This document shows, piece after piece, positions 1 through 10,154 of a stretch of 64,000 nucleotides of DNA. Origin of the DNA: Patescibacteria group bacterium (GTDB taxonomy: Bacteria > Patescibacteriota > Microgenomatia > UBA8517); assembly GCA_035291665.1 (NCBI GenBank), contig DATDRP010000002.1, positions 1,085-65,084 on the forward strand, in the 5' to 3' direction. Made by a program: the position numbers and the translations under genes. Under the pieces are notes generated by a model. The model did not search any database and had not been told where the DNA came from. It was given only the letters and a program-made list of their open reading frames with translations. Within the stretch, counting starts at the first letter, position 1, and every line of letters starts with the position of its first letter.

Positions 1-341
1 ATTTTCTCAACCGGAAAATACTCTTTATAATCAATAGGTCCTTCCAAGTCCAATGTTTCTCCAAGCGGATTAATGATTCTTCCCAGAAGCTTTTCTGAAA
101 CTCCCGTCTGATATATTATCCCTGAAGATTGTGCAATATCCCCGCTTTTAAGGTTTTCAAAACCATCAAAAACCAAAACACCTGCCCTGACTTCTTCCAA
201 ATTAAAGACAAGTCCTTGGATACCTTTCTTGAACAATACCTTCTCACCCAACATTAATCCGTCTAATCCGTTTATCCAAACGACTCCGTCTGAAAGCGCT
301 ATAATATTTCCTTCATCTACAATTTTAAGATCTTCATACAT
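1..341 (-). CDS. atpA: ATP synthase F1 alpha subunit, N-terminal part (runs off window start)
   Basis: Minus-strand translation from ATG at 339-341 gives MYEDLKIVDEGNIIALSDGVVWINGL..., matching the alpha N-terminal beta-barrel domain. It sits directly downstream of the delta and b genes. Confidence 0.8.
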   Translation of the reverse strand, partial: MYEDLKIVDEGNIIALSDGVVWINGLDGLMLGEKVLFKKGIQGLVFNLEEVRAGVLVFDGFENLKSGDIAQSSGIIYQTGVSEKLLGRIINPLGETLDLEGPIDYKEYFPVEK

Positions 342-345
342 ATTT

Positions 346-532
346 TTATATCTTTTCTAATAAGCTTTTTACGCTTAAATCCAATGTTTTCGATCCGAAC
401 TTAACAGTAAATCCGGCAATCAGGGTTTTGTCTATTTCATATATTACTTCAACTTTTTCCCCAAACATGCCATAAAGAGATTCCTGAATCTCTTTTTTAC
501 TTTGAGTACTAAGGATTTTCGAAGAAGCAACT

Positions 533-546
<14 letters not shown>
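346..546 (-). CDS. atpH: ATP synthase delta (OSCP)-like, C-terminal domain only (66 aa)
   Basis: ORF-track protein ends ...LIAGFTVKFGSKTLDLSVKSLLEKI, like the delta C-terminus. An in-frame stop at 577-579 limits the frame to 76 codons or fewer. It lies between atpF and atpA. Confidence 0.5.
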
Positions 547-1274
<728 letters not shown>

Positions 1275-1317
1275 TCACACCCCCTAACTGAGATCGATTT
1301 AAAAAATAAATAAATCT

Positions 1318-2061
1318 CTAATGATGTTCTTCTGTAGAAACAACTATAAATATAGTTGTCAGCATCGTAAATACTAAAGCTTGTATAAATCCAACAAAAA
1401 TTTCAAGTATTAAGAAAGGGACCGGTACAACTAAAGGAATCAAAAACGTCATGACCAGTAGGAGTACTTCTCCTGCAAAAACATTACCAAAAAGCCTGAA
1501 AGAAAAAGATAATACTTTTGAAATTTCCGAAATTAACTCAAGTATCCCAACAAAGAATTTTATCGGGTTAGAGATATTAATAAACTTCATGAAATATTTT
1601 TTTACCCCCAGCGATTTGATAGACATCACCTGAATGGTTACAACCGATACAATGGCTAATGCAAATGTGGTTGATAAATCGGCATTCGGACTTCGAAAAA
1701 GCGGAACCAATAACTTTTCATCGCCAAGATGCTCCCAAATCCCGATAGGACCAACCCCCGGAAGAAGGCCGATCCAATTTGAAAATATTATATAAATAAA
1801 AAAAGTTGTCAGGACCGGAAACAGAATATCAACTTTTTCTCGAGCAATATTTTTCAAAAAATCATAGAATCCCGTAAAGATAAACCTAACGATAAACGGG
1901 AGACCGCTTTTATCTTTTTTGCCTTTAATTTTTATTAATAATACTAAGGCAAACAAAATTAAAATTACCAGAAATGAAGTTATTGTTGAATTTGTGATCT
2001 GAAGATCACCAATATGCATTACCGGTTCCGGTGAAACTGAAATGTGTAAAGTTTTTTTCAT
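1318..2061 (-). CDS. atpB: ATP synthase F0 subunit a
   Basis: Polytopic membrane protein with conserved Arg region SFRLFGNVFAGEVLL and C-terminal LILEIFVGFIQALVFTMLT. Confidence 0.85.
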   Translation of the reverse strand: MKKTLHISVSPEPVMHIGDLQITNSTITSFLVILILFALVLLIKIKGKKDKSGLPFIVRFIFTGFYDFLKNIAREKVDILFPVLTTFFIYIIFSNWIGLLPGVGPIGIWEHLGDEKLLVPLFRSPNADLSTTFALAIVSVVTIQVMSIKSLGVKKYFMKFINISNPIKFFVGILELISEISKVLSFSFRLFGNVFAGEVLLLVMTFLIPLVVPVPFLILEIFVGFIQALVFTMLTTIFIVVSTEEHH

Positions 2062-2300
2062 TTTTGGTTAATTGTGTCTTTTGCTTTTATTATTTTATAG
2101 ACACTTGCGAAAACAGCTATCAAAGTACCAACTATTGTGAACAGCGGCATTGTTGTGAATTTCTTATCTAAAAAAATCCCAAATAAAAGAAATGCTACGG
2201 GTATTAAAGTTAAAGAAAATGCCAAGTCAGTAGCTTTGGAAATAACATACATCATATTTAATTGATTATTTTTAACTATTTTTTTAACTTTTTTGGACAT
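2058..2300 (-). CDS. AtpZ/AtpI-like small membrane protein
   Basis: 80 aa, two TM helices, immediately upstream of atpB with a 4-nt overlap. Confidence 0.5.
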   Translation of the reverse strand: MSKKVKKIVKNNQLNMMYVISKATDLAFSLTLIPVAFLLFGIFLDKKFTTMPLFTIVGTLIAVFASVYKIIKAKDTINQK

Positions 2301-2373
2301 AATTAAAGAGCAAAATCATTGCTCATCCGAAGCTTATTTTAATTTATAAGCACTGGTTGGTCAACCAAGGAAA

Positions 2374-3189
2374 TCAACCGGAGAATTCTCTAATTACTTC
2401 ATTAACTATTCTTTTATTTCTTTCTGCAATTTCCTTTGCAAGACATTTATCTGCGCGGCTTTCAGAAGCGTCAAAAGTCCTTATAAAATCTTCTTTACCC
2501 TGATATTTCTTTTTAATTTCGGGGGCAATCTCAACCGCAATTTTGAGTTGAACTTTTAGTATTTCTTTGATGTCGTTTTCAGAAACCCCGGCATCCAAGG
2601 CATACGTTACCCAATCGGCGCTTACTATTAATGCTTTACCACCCAAACTTCTTTTTTTATCTTCTTCATAACTAATTCCTCCACCCACTGTAAAATCCAA
2701 CCATTCAGCCTTATGATGGTGATCCTCAACACTTCTACCCATATAGCCGTATACCGAAAGACCGTTGATTTTCCCCGCCAAGAGCGGTTCATCAGCAATC
2801 GGCAGATGTCCGAAATAGCTATCGTTATACAATTTTGAGGTAGCGGTTTTTGACTCATTTTCATTAAACCCTTGTGCTGACGCAGCACCGCATCCCGGAT
2901 GACTGCACGCTCCGAATACACATCCCAACTTATCTGCGACATTTTTAAAGGCATTAATAATAGTATCTCTATTATTGTCAATAATATTTCGCGTACTTTC
3001 AGGAAAAAGCTCAGGTTTACCGGAATTGTGTTTGGTTATCAAAGACCCCAGGATTCCCAGTTTTATTCCCACGATCTTCGCGTCTTCATCCATGCATGCA
3101 ATAACCGCTACGTTCATAATATTACCTTCCTTTTCGTTATATTTAAGATTACCTTCTACCATGTTTGGATTCAAGAATTTTCTTGCCAC
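2374..3189 (-). CDS. hypothetical protein with conserved Cys/His motif (GACSHPGCGAAS, EDHHH)
   Basis: 271-aa ORF co-directional with and upstream of the atp operon. No family confidently recognised. Confidence 0.45.
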   Translation of the reverse strand: MARKFLNPNMVEGNLKYNEKEGNIMNVAVIACMDEDAKIVGIKLGILGSLITKHNSGKPELFPESTRNIIDNNRDTIINAFKNVADKLGCVFGACSHPGCGAASAQGFNENESKTATSKLYNDSYFGHLPIADEPLLAGKINGLSVYGYMGRSVEDHHHKAEWLDFTVGGGISYEEDKKRSLGGKALIVSADWVTYALDAGVSENDIKEILKVQLKIAVEIAPEIKKKYQGKEDFIRTFDASESRADKCLAKEIAERNKRIVNEVIREFSG

Positions 3190-3220
3190 ATAGGTGGTAT
3201 CGGATATAATATAAGCTTAG

Positions 3221-4372
3221 ATGAATAAATTCAAGACATTTTTTTTAATTTTCATTTTGTCTGCAATTCCCACTTTTTTTGTCTGGCTGCCTTTTTTTAT
3301 GCGATTAGAGAAATTTTGGACGATACCTCTACCCCGGGAGGGAATGGCAACAATTGTTGCCAATTACGACGGACCGCTTTATATTGCTGTGGCAAAGACT
3401 TTTTATAATACCGAAAGTCTATCAAAACTGCCGTTCACATTGCCGGTCGAATATTATGCTGCGCACTTCCCACTTTATCCCTTGTTGATCAGGGGATTTT
3501 CATACATCTTGGGTTACCCATACTCTATGCTCTTTGTTACTTTTATAACATCCATCCTGGCTATATGGTTCTTCTCAAAATATATTGCCGATTTTGTGGA
3601 TAAGGATGAAATAATATGGATGACCATTCTTTTCTCGGTCTTTCCCGCCCGATGGCTGGTTGTCCGATCAGTAGGATCACCTGAACCTCTTTTTTTGTTT
3701 GGTGTGATAGGCGCAATCTATTTTTTTCGTAAGGAAAAATACTTGCTTGCGGGCATAATGGGAGCGATTGCAACCCTCACAAAATCCCCCGGAATCTTAC
3801 TTTTCCCTGCATTATTTATGGCCATGATGGTTTCAAAATTTAACAAATCTGCAATTCTCAAAACTTCAAATATCTTAAAATCCATAAAACTTTCAAGTTT
3901 ATTGCCGCTATTTTTGATCCCTCTGGCATTGATCGGAGTTTTTTATATTTATCAAACTCAATTCGGAAGTTTTCTTGCTTATTTTAAGTCTGGCGACAAC
4001 ATTCACCTTTTCTTCCCACCTTTTCAGATATTTAATTACTCGGCGCCTTGGGTAGGAACTTTCTGGTTAGAAGAAGTAATATTTGTCTATCTCCTCGCGG
4101 CTATCGGAGTATATAAATTATTGGAGATCGATAAAGTCGGAAGCTGGTTTGCGGGGATATTTTTTATAAGTATTCTTTTTGTTGCTCATCGGGATCTTAT
4201 CCGATATTCTCTTCCTCTTATTCCTTTTATATTAGCCGGCTTTTCAAAATATCTTGTTAAAAAGGAATTCAAATTTGCTTTTGCTATTATAATCATTCCC
4301 ATTTATCTTTTCTCGCTGGCTTTTATATCTCAAAATGTAATGCCAATACCTGATTGGGCGCCGCTACTTTAG
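3221..4372 (+). CDS. polytopic membrane protein, putative GT-C-type (ArnT/PMT-like) glycosyltransferase
   Basis: 383 aa with about 10 predicted TM segments and an N-terminal loop carrying YDGPLYIAVAKTFY. The fold assignment is an inference. Confidence 0.4.
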   Translation: MNKFKTFFLIFILSAIPTFFVWLPFFMRLEKFWTIPLPREGMATIVANYDGPLYIAVAKTFYNTESLSKLPFTLPVEYYAAHFPLYPLLIRGFSYILGYPYSMLFVTFITSILAIWFFSKYIADFVDKDEIIWMTILFSVFPARWLVVRSVGSPEPLFLFGVIGAIYFFRKEKYLLAGIMGAIATLTKSPGILLFPALFMAMMVSKFNKSAILKTSNILKSIKLSSLLPLFLIPLALIGVFYIYQTQFGSFLAYFKSGDNIHLFFPPFQIFNYSAPWVGTFWLEEVIFVYLLAAIGVYKLLEIDKVGSWFAGIFFISILFVAHRDLIRYSLPLIPFILAGFSKYLVKKEFKFAFAIIIIPIYLFSLAFISQNVMPIPDWAPLL

Positions 4373-4614
4373 GAAAGATATTAAGAAATTACGATATTAG
4401 GATGAATGATAAATGGCAGTACCCAACTACCAATCTTTCAACCTTATCTCCTACAACCTACCGCTCATGCTTACTGCTTACCGTCTTTTCTCTTTGTACT
4501 ATTTACTTAAAACTTAAGACTTAATACTCAATAGTTTACGCTTTTATATTTTTAATTTATTGCTTTTCACTTTTGACTCTTCTCTTTTCTCTAATCAATA
4601 TGCTTTAATGTTGT

Positions 4615-4920
4615 ATGGGGGTTGAATATACACCACAACAAGCTTCAGTAGCGCTTCTTCCCCAAACCAGCCCCAGTCCGTCTGATGTTGAAGACCGTCT
4701 CACAAAATTAAACGCAAACAAGAAAGATCGCGGCAGAGTCTTGGCACAACTTTATAAAAAAGCAAAATCAGACTCTTCGTTTACCAACGATTTCGTAACT
4801 TTATGTGTGGACGATCCCGATTTGGGATGGCGTGCGTTTCATCACGGCGTAACCGTCGAAGCCAAAAAAACCGAGCATGGATATGAGTCAATACCCCACA
4901 TTATCCTTCCAAAACCCTGA
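4615..4920 (+). CDS. hypothetical protein (compositionally distinct island)
   Basis: 101-aa ORF in a locally higher-GC segment. No recognisable family. Confidence 0.3.
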   Translation: MGVEYTPQQASVALLPQTSPSPSDVEDRLTKLNANKKDRGRVLAQLYKKAKSDSSFTNDFVTLCVDDPDLGWRAFHHGVTVEAKKTEHGYESIPHIILPKP

Positions 4921-4959
4921 TAGTCTTTGAAAACCCCTAAGCTATAAAATTCATATACA

Positions 4960-5211
4960 ATGTCAACGGAAGGTTTCAGATGTTCTTGGGTTATGAGGTA
5001 TCACCAAAAAATAGGATTAGGCCCATGGCGGAAAGTTGGTTATGGCGCTACCATTAGTAAACCTACGGAAAATGTACCTTTAGTTTTGTCTGGTGGAAAT
5101 GGACACAAGCGGGAAATTCTAACGAAAGAAGAGCTAGATAAACAATCGATTGATGTCAATCTGTCAGGGAACGGCCACCGATCACTCTTCCGAGAACATA
5201 TTCCTTCCTAA
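4960..5211 (+). CDS. hypothetical protein
   Basis: 83-aa ORF in the same higher-GC segment. Confidence 0.25.
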   Translation: MSTEGFRCSWVMRYHQKIGLGPWRKVGYGATISKPTENVPLVLSGGNGHKREILTKEELDKQSIDVNLSGNGHRSLFREHIPS

Positions 5212-5217
5212 ATTGAC

Positions 5218-5544
5218 ATGGAACGACCACTATTAAGAGATTACATAGAAAAAGGATTACCGTTGCCTTCCCATGGAAAAGTTCTGACATTTACTACAAT
5301 TTATGACGCACCAGTCGGATATGAAGATCAAACTCCGTATGATATCGCAATCGTCGAACTTCAAAATGATAACGGTGACCCCGGTCCGTTTATTACGGCA
5401 CAACTTACTGATTTTGGAGATGAACCGGTTGAGATCAGTACCCGCGTTGAAATGGTTACCAGAAAAATAAGAATTGATGGAAATTCGGAGCGGGGGCTTA
5501 TTTTATACGGTGCAAAATTCAGACCGATTCTGAAAAAAGCGTAA
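5218..5544 (+). CDS. DUF35-like OB-fold protein (the Zn-ribbon N-terminus appears absent)
   Basis: GKVLTFTTIY...PYDIAIVEL...ISTRVEMVTRKIR resembles the OB-fold part of DUF35/ChsH2-like proteins. Confidence 0.4.
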   Translation: MERPLLRDYIEKGLPLPSHGKVLTFTTIYDAPVGYEDQTPYDIAIVELQNDNGDPGPFITAQLTDFGDEPVEISTRVEMVTRKIRIDGNSERGLILYGAKFRPILKKA

Positions 5545-5546
5545 CA

Positions 5547-6437
5547 CTATTCTTCTACCTCGATCGTAACTGTTGCTAACTCTTTATTCATAATCGATTT
5601 TTCCTGAAGAGGATTAATTGTCAGCTTTCTTTCAAGAAGCTTCAAATACTTCAGATACCCTTTGAGGGCGTCTTTAACTCCAGATCGTATTTTTACACCG
5701 TTATAAGTTTCACCCAAAACTTCAGTCACGGGTACAAATTCGAAATCCTGTAATTTGTAACTTGAGAATACTTTTTCCGAGGATAAATCTTTAGGTAGTT
5801 GGATATGATATACAGAAACGCGAATATCGGCAACTTCCAAGTACATAAAAGGGCTTAAGCTTTCCGATACAAGTTCCTCCGGAAATTCTCTATTTATTGA
5901 TTTGTCCGTAAAAACCTCTTGTTGGAGAATCCTCTTTATATTTTCGCTTCTTGATTCACCTTTTTTGGAATACCCCATCGGAATTGAATACGAACCGAAT
6001 GTTTTTCCGAGCTGAATTCTGGGAGTCGACACATCTCTGGCTACCAATATCCGGTTTATATTATCATATGGTGTAATCACGAGCGCGGTTCCTAATCTTC
6101 TTGTTATTCCTTCTTTGACATAAGCCAAAACACGATATAACGTAACGGCTGAAGTTTTGTAGTTTGGAGGAAGTTTTTTATACAATTTTTCAAAAGCTAT
6201 GTTGTCTTTTGCCAAATGGCCCAAAAAGTCAACAGCTTCAGAAAATTTATTGTTCGGACCGACCGCTTTTTTGATATCCCACCGATCCAATACTCTTTGA
6301 TAGTTGGCATACGAAATTGGCAGGAAATATTTATGCTTCCTATACACTTCATCAACTGTTCCGTATTTCATATATTCCCGGACCAGAAATTTATTAAATT
6401 CAATTTCATCGGTTGGAAATTTGTGGTTTTTACTCAT
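5547..6437 (-). CDS. Nudix-fold-like protein with degenerate Nudix box, N-terminal HTH-like region
   Basis: ALVITPYDN..RILVARDVS...LGKTFGSYSIPMGYSKKGESRSENIKRILQQEV fits the G-x5-E-x7-R..E pattern, but the catalytic Glu residues are replaced. Confidence 0.4.
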   Translation of the reverse strand: MSKNHKFPTDEIEFNKFLVREYMKYGTVDEVYRKHKYFLPISYANYQRVLDRWDIKKAVGPNNKFSEAVDFLGHLAKDNIAFEKLYKKLPPNYKTSAVTLYRVLAYVKEGITRRLGTALVITPYDNINRILVARDVSTPRIQLGKTFGSYSIPMGYSKKGESRSENIKRILQQEVFTDKSINREFPEELVSESLSPFMYLEVADIRVSVYHIQLPKDLSSEKVFSSYKLQDFEFVPVTEVLGETYNGVKIRSGVKDALKGYLKYLKLLERKLTINPLQEKSIMNKELATVTIEVEE

Positions 6438-6838
6438 GGAGTGTCTATTTTACTATAATCCACCAGTTATTTACATCTATTTACGTCTATTTGCATCACC
6501 TTCAATCTTCAGAATGTAAAAAATGTGAAGTGTGGATTTACATGCTAATAACGCATATGCGTTGCTATCTTGTCAAATTCTAAATATTGTCATTGAAAAT
6601 GCTTCATCTCAAATTCAATCTGAAAGGAAGAGGAATTGCTTAGCAAATTAAATTATTTGGCCTCAATAACAATTTGTATTTTGAAATTGATATTAAAAAT
6701 ACCTCGCTTCAGATAATATGAAGTTACCCGAGTTTCCAACTTTACTCACTTTTCTGGAAGGTTAAAAAGTTAATTTCGGAATATAAAGTTGTGATGTATT
6801 TGAAAAATTAATATCTTAATATCGAATCACTTAAAATA

Positions 6839-7981
6839 TTACTTCCTGCTCCAAGGCATTTTCCATGTCTTCCAAATTACAGCGTTGTACATGAAGTAAT
6901 TATACGGAAGTACCAGTAAAAGTATTATGAAAGGAAGAAGTAGTTGACGGGACCCTGTCCCGAAAAAAGCAACTCCCAAAGATCCAAATATCGCTTGAAT
7001 AATAAGAGCACCGGTCGAAGTTAAATTAAATTGGAAAAATTTCTTAAGAAGAAACCCTACTCCTGTTATCTTTTCGGATTTAAAAGTCCAAAGGTTATTA
7101 AGTATAAAATTTGATACAATCGCAACTTCTGTTGCTGCTGCCCAAATTCCCCATTCCGGAAAACCAAGCTTTGCAAAAACCGCCAATCCGACCGCATTAA
7201 CAACATATCCGATAAATCCTACAGTGCCGAACTTAATAAATCTTGCTTTATCCTTAATTCCCAAAATAGTTGCTACTTTTAAGGTTGACACAGTCTCTTT
7301 CATATTAAACTTTGATTGTTCTTTTGTGCGCGGTGCAAATTCCAAGGGGACTTCTTTCACCTTTTTGGCGTTTTTTATACTCTGGTATAAAAGATCAACT
7401 TTATAGGCAAATCTTTTCTGTTCCATAAGATGATCGATATCGATCTTGTCCAAAACACCTTTAACTTTAGTCAACCGAAATCCCGTTGTAAGGTCGTGTA
7501 TCGATGGTTTCAGAAGTACCAATCTTATGTATAAATTTCCAAAGTAGCTTACGGCTTTCCTGAAAAGCGCCCATTCTTTCGGAACGGATCCGCCGGGAAT
7601 ATAGCGCGAACCGATTACATATTCAGCACCTTCCAAATACGCGTCAACCATGGGTTTAACAAATCTGGGTGGATGCTGAAAATCAGCATCCATCTCCATA
7701 ACGGCATCGGCTGATAACTTATCAACGGCATATTTGAAACCTGCCACATAATCGGCTCCCAGTCCGCCTTTATCTTTTGAGAGTAAATGAAGATTTTTAT
7801 ATTTGCCCTGCTTATCTGAAACGATTTTTCCTGTTCCGTCGGGAGAATTAGCATCAACGACAAGAAGATGCATATCGGCATCTTTAATTTTGGGAAATTC
7901 CGTACCGCAAAGTGCTTCGACCATCGGACCGATATTTTCGGCTTCGTTGAAAGCCGGCATAACTATGACAATTTTGTCCAT
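6839..7981 (-). CDS. GT2 polyprenol-phosphate glycosyltransferase (DPM1-like) fused to a GtrA-like membrane domain
   Basis: N-terminus MPAFNEAENIGPMVEAL...VVDANSPDGT...EMDADFQHPP (GT2 DxD motif), C-terminal 4-TM GtrA-like region. Confidence 0.8.
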   Translation of the reverse strand: MDKIVIVMPAFNEAENIGPMVEALCGTEFPKIKDADMHLLVVDANSPDGTGKIVSDKQGKYKNLHLLSKDKGGLGADYVAGFKYAVDKLSADAVMEMDADFQHPPRFVKPMVDAYLEGAEYVIGSRYIPGGSVPKEWALFRKAVSYFGNLYIRLVLLKPSIHDLTTGFRLTKVKGVLDKIDIDHLMEQKRFAYKVDLLYQSIKNAKKVKEVPLEFAPRTKEQSKFNMKETVSTLKVATILGIKDKARFIKFGTVGFIGYVVNAVGLAVFAKLGFPEWGIWAAATEVAIVSNFILNNLWTFKSEKITGVGFLLKKFFQFNLTSTGALIIQAIFGSLGVAFFGTGSRQLLLPFIILLLVLPYNYFMYNAVIWKTWKMPWSRK

Positions 7982-8121
7982 AAATTAATCGTAGCAAAAA
8001 TCTATATAAAAAAACATTACGAAACTTCTATAACATCGTCCCCATCTTAAAAGATGGGGTAATAATGAAGATTTTATTCGTACCGTATTGCCTCAATCCG
8101 TTCAACAAGTTCAGGATTTCG

Positions 8122-9336
8122 TTATTCGTAACGAATGGCCTCAATCGGCGGAAGTTTTGCTGCACGACGGGCGGGGAAAACGCCAAAGAATATTCCGATA
8201 GCGGACGAAATAATAAGTGTAATCGCAACCGAAAAGAAATTGATAGCCGCCGGGAAAAATATCCTAACTATCAAGACTATTGCTGTTGAAAGCAGTAATC
8301 CCAATACACCACCGATGATGGACAATAAGATTGACTCCGCCAAAAATTGAGTTAAGATATCTCTTTCTGTTGCCCCAATTGCACGCCTGATTCCGACTTC
8401 TTTTGTTCTTTCGGTCACAGTCGCATACATGATATTCATAATTCCGATTCCGCCGACTAAAAGTGAAATCGACCCGATAGCGACAAGTATCGAGTTTACA
8501 ATACCGAATATCTGGTCAACAGTCGATAGAATTTCTGTTTGTTCTGTCACCGAAAACTCGTCCTCTTTGTATCTTTTCAAAAGTGTTTCTTTAGCTTTCG
8601 CTTTGACAATTTCGACATTGCCCTCATCTTTTGTTCCCAGGTATATCGTAAAAAAAGTTTTATCCGGATTTAAGGTTCCGAATACTGTTTTGTAGGGAAT
8701 AATAAGCGAAGCGTCCATTTCCCTGTCTCCCTTTTTCTTTGCAACACCAATTACCCGAAACCTCTGATCCCCGACTCTGACTGTTTTTCCTACTGCATTT
8801 TCAGGCTGTCCGAACAGTTTCTCTGCAATAGTAAATCCCATTACTCCGTTTTTGGACCTGGATGAAACTTCACTTTTCGTGAAGAATTCACCTGCGAGAA
8901 TCTCAAGATTCAAAATCTTGAATATTTCCTCATTCGATGATTCAATATAGCCGAGATATCTTTCTCCATCGGCCTCAACAACGCTGCTTTTGAAAAATAC
9001 GGGAACAACATAATCTGCTTCTCTGATTTTTTGAAGGTTAGCAACATCCCTTTCATCAAAATCAGCTCCCCCCGCAAAACCCGATCCGAATCCGCCACCG
9101 GCTCCGCCTTCGCTGGAAAATACGTTACCGGGAAAGATTATTATCAGGTTCGCACCTAAGCTTTCAAACTGCTGTTTAAGATAATTTTTCAGTCCCAACC
9201 CGAGGGCAATCAAAAGCACAACCGACATTACCCCGATCATAATTCCGAGAGACGTCAAAAATGTCCTGACTTTGTTTCTTTTGAAATCTGCAAAGGCTGA
9301 TTTTAATAGATCAGTAAATTCGTTTTTCATTAACAT
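8122..9336 (-). CDS. ABC transporter permease, MacB/FtsX family
   Basis: N-terminal TM, large periplasmic domain, C-terminal FtsX-type 3-TM bundle. Adjacent to the ATPase and HlyD genes. Confidence 0.8.
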   Translation of the reverse strand: MLMKNEFTDLLKSAFADFKRNKVRTFLTSLGIMIGVMSVVLLIALGLGLKNYLKQQFESLGANLIIIFPGNVFSSEGGAGGGFGSGFAGGADFDERDVANLQKIREADYVVPVFFKSSVVEADGERYLGYIESSNEEIFKILNLEILAGEFFTKSEVSSRSKNGVMGFTIAEKLFGQPENAVGKTVRVGDQRFRVIGVAKKKGDREMDASLIIPYKTVFGTLNPDKTFFTIYLGTKDEGNVEIVKAKAKETLLKRYKEDEFSVTEQTEILSTVDQIFGIVNSILVAIGSISLLVGGIGIMNIMYATVTERTKEVGIRRAIGATERDILTQFLAESILLSIIGGVLGLLLSTAIVLIVRIFFPAAINFFSVAITLIISSAIGIFFGVFPARRAAKLPPIEAIRYE

Positions 9337-9381
9337 AACAAAATTAACGGTATTAAGAAATTTTAATTTTTTACAATACCA

Positions 9382-10059
9382 TCATAAATACTTTTTAACA
9401 ACCACACCGTCTTTTATATAAATTTGTCTTTTTGTCCGAAGGGCAACATCGTGTTCGTGGGTTACCACGATAACAGTTACTTTGAGATCTTTATTCAAAT
9501 CTCCTAAAAGATCCATAATTTCATCACCGGTTTTGCTGTCAATGTTTCCTGTCGGTTCATCGGCAAGAATCACTTTCGGTTTCATGATGAGTGCTCTTGC
9601 AATTGCAACACGCTGCTGCTGACCGCCTGAAATTTTATTCGGGAAAAAATTTCTACGATCCCAAATTCCAAATCTTTTTAAAAGTTCGTCAGCTCTTTCC
9701 AAGGGATCAAAATCAAGTTTGACTTTTGAGTACTTGGCAGGAAGAAGAACGTTTTCGAGCACAGTAAATTTATTAATCAAATTGAACTGTTGAAAGACAA
9801 ACCCGACATTCTTATTTCTGATGTGAGAAAGCGTGTCATCATCCAATTTTGAAACGTCTTTTCCGTCCAGAAATACTTTCCCGACTGTCGGCTGTTCCAA
9901 AAGTCCTATCAGGTACATTAATGTAGATTTTCCCGATCCCGAAGAGCCCAGGATTCCGATATATTCACCATCTTCAATCTTTAAATTAACACCATTAACC
10001 GCTTTAACCTCTTCATCACCGAGGAAGTAAGATTTGCTGATATTTTGAAGCTTAATCAT
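9382..10059 (-). CDS. ABC transporter ATP-binding protein (MacB/LolD-like)
   Basis: Walker A GSSGSGKST, signature ISGGQQQRVAIARAL, Walker B ILADEPTGN. Confidence 0.85.
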   Translation of the reverse strand: MIKLQNISKSYFLGDEEVKAVNGVNLKIEDGEYIGILGSSGSGKSTLMYLIGLLEQPTVGKVFLDGKDVSKLDDDTLSHIRNKNVGFVFQQFNLINKFTVLENVLLPAKYSKVKLDFDPLERADELLKRFGIWDRRNFFPNKISGGQQQRVAIARALIMKPKVILADEPTGNIDSKTGDEIMDLLGDLNKDLKVTVIVVTHEHDVALRTKRQIYIKDGVVVKKYL

Positions 10060-10154
10060 TTCAAAAAAGTATCACAAGAATTTGAAGTATCAGAAGTATC
10101 ACAAGAATTAAATCGGCTCGTGGTACTCGTGATGCTCAGACTTCCCGTGATACA
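10060..10154. promoter_or_regulatory. intra-operon intergenic region with GTATCAC heptamer repeats (three direct, one inverted GTGATAC)
   Basis: aagtatcacaagaatt occurs twice, plus gaagtatcagaa and cccgtgatac. Lies between the HlyD and ABC ATPase genes. Confidence 0.3.

Noticed and set aside
2628-3228. ORFs 2628-2981(-), 2899-3228(+), 2975-3193(+) overlapping the 2374-3189 gene
   Set aside because: Alternative-frame or antisense ORFs within a longer, better-supported CDS.
4380-4610. Pyrimidine-rich 230-bp spacer as a possible ncRNA
   Set aside because: No convincing stems or conserved motifs. Treated only as the leader/promoter region of the higher-GC mini-island.
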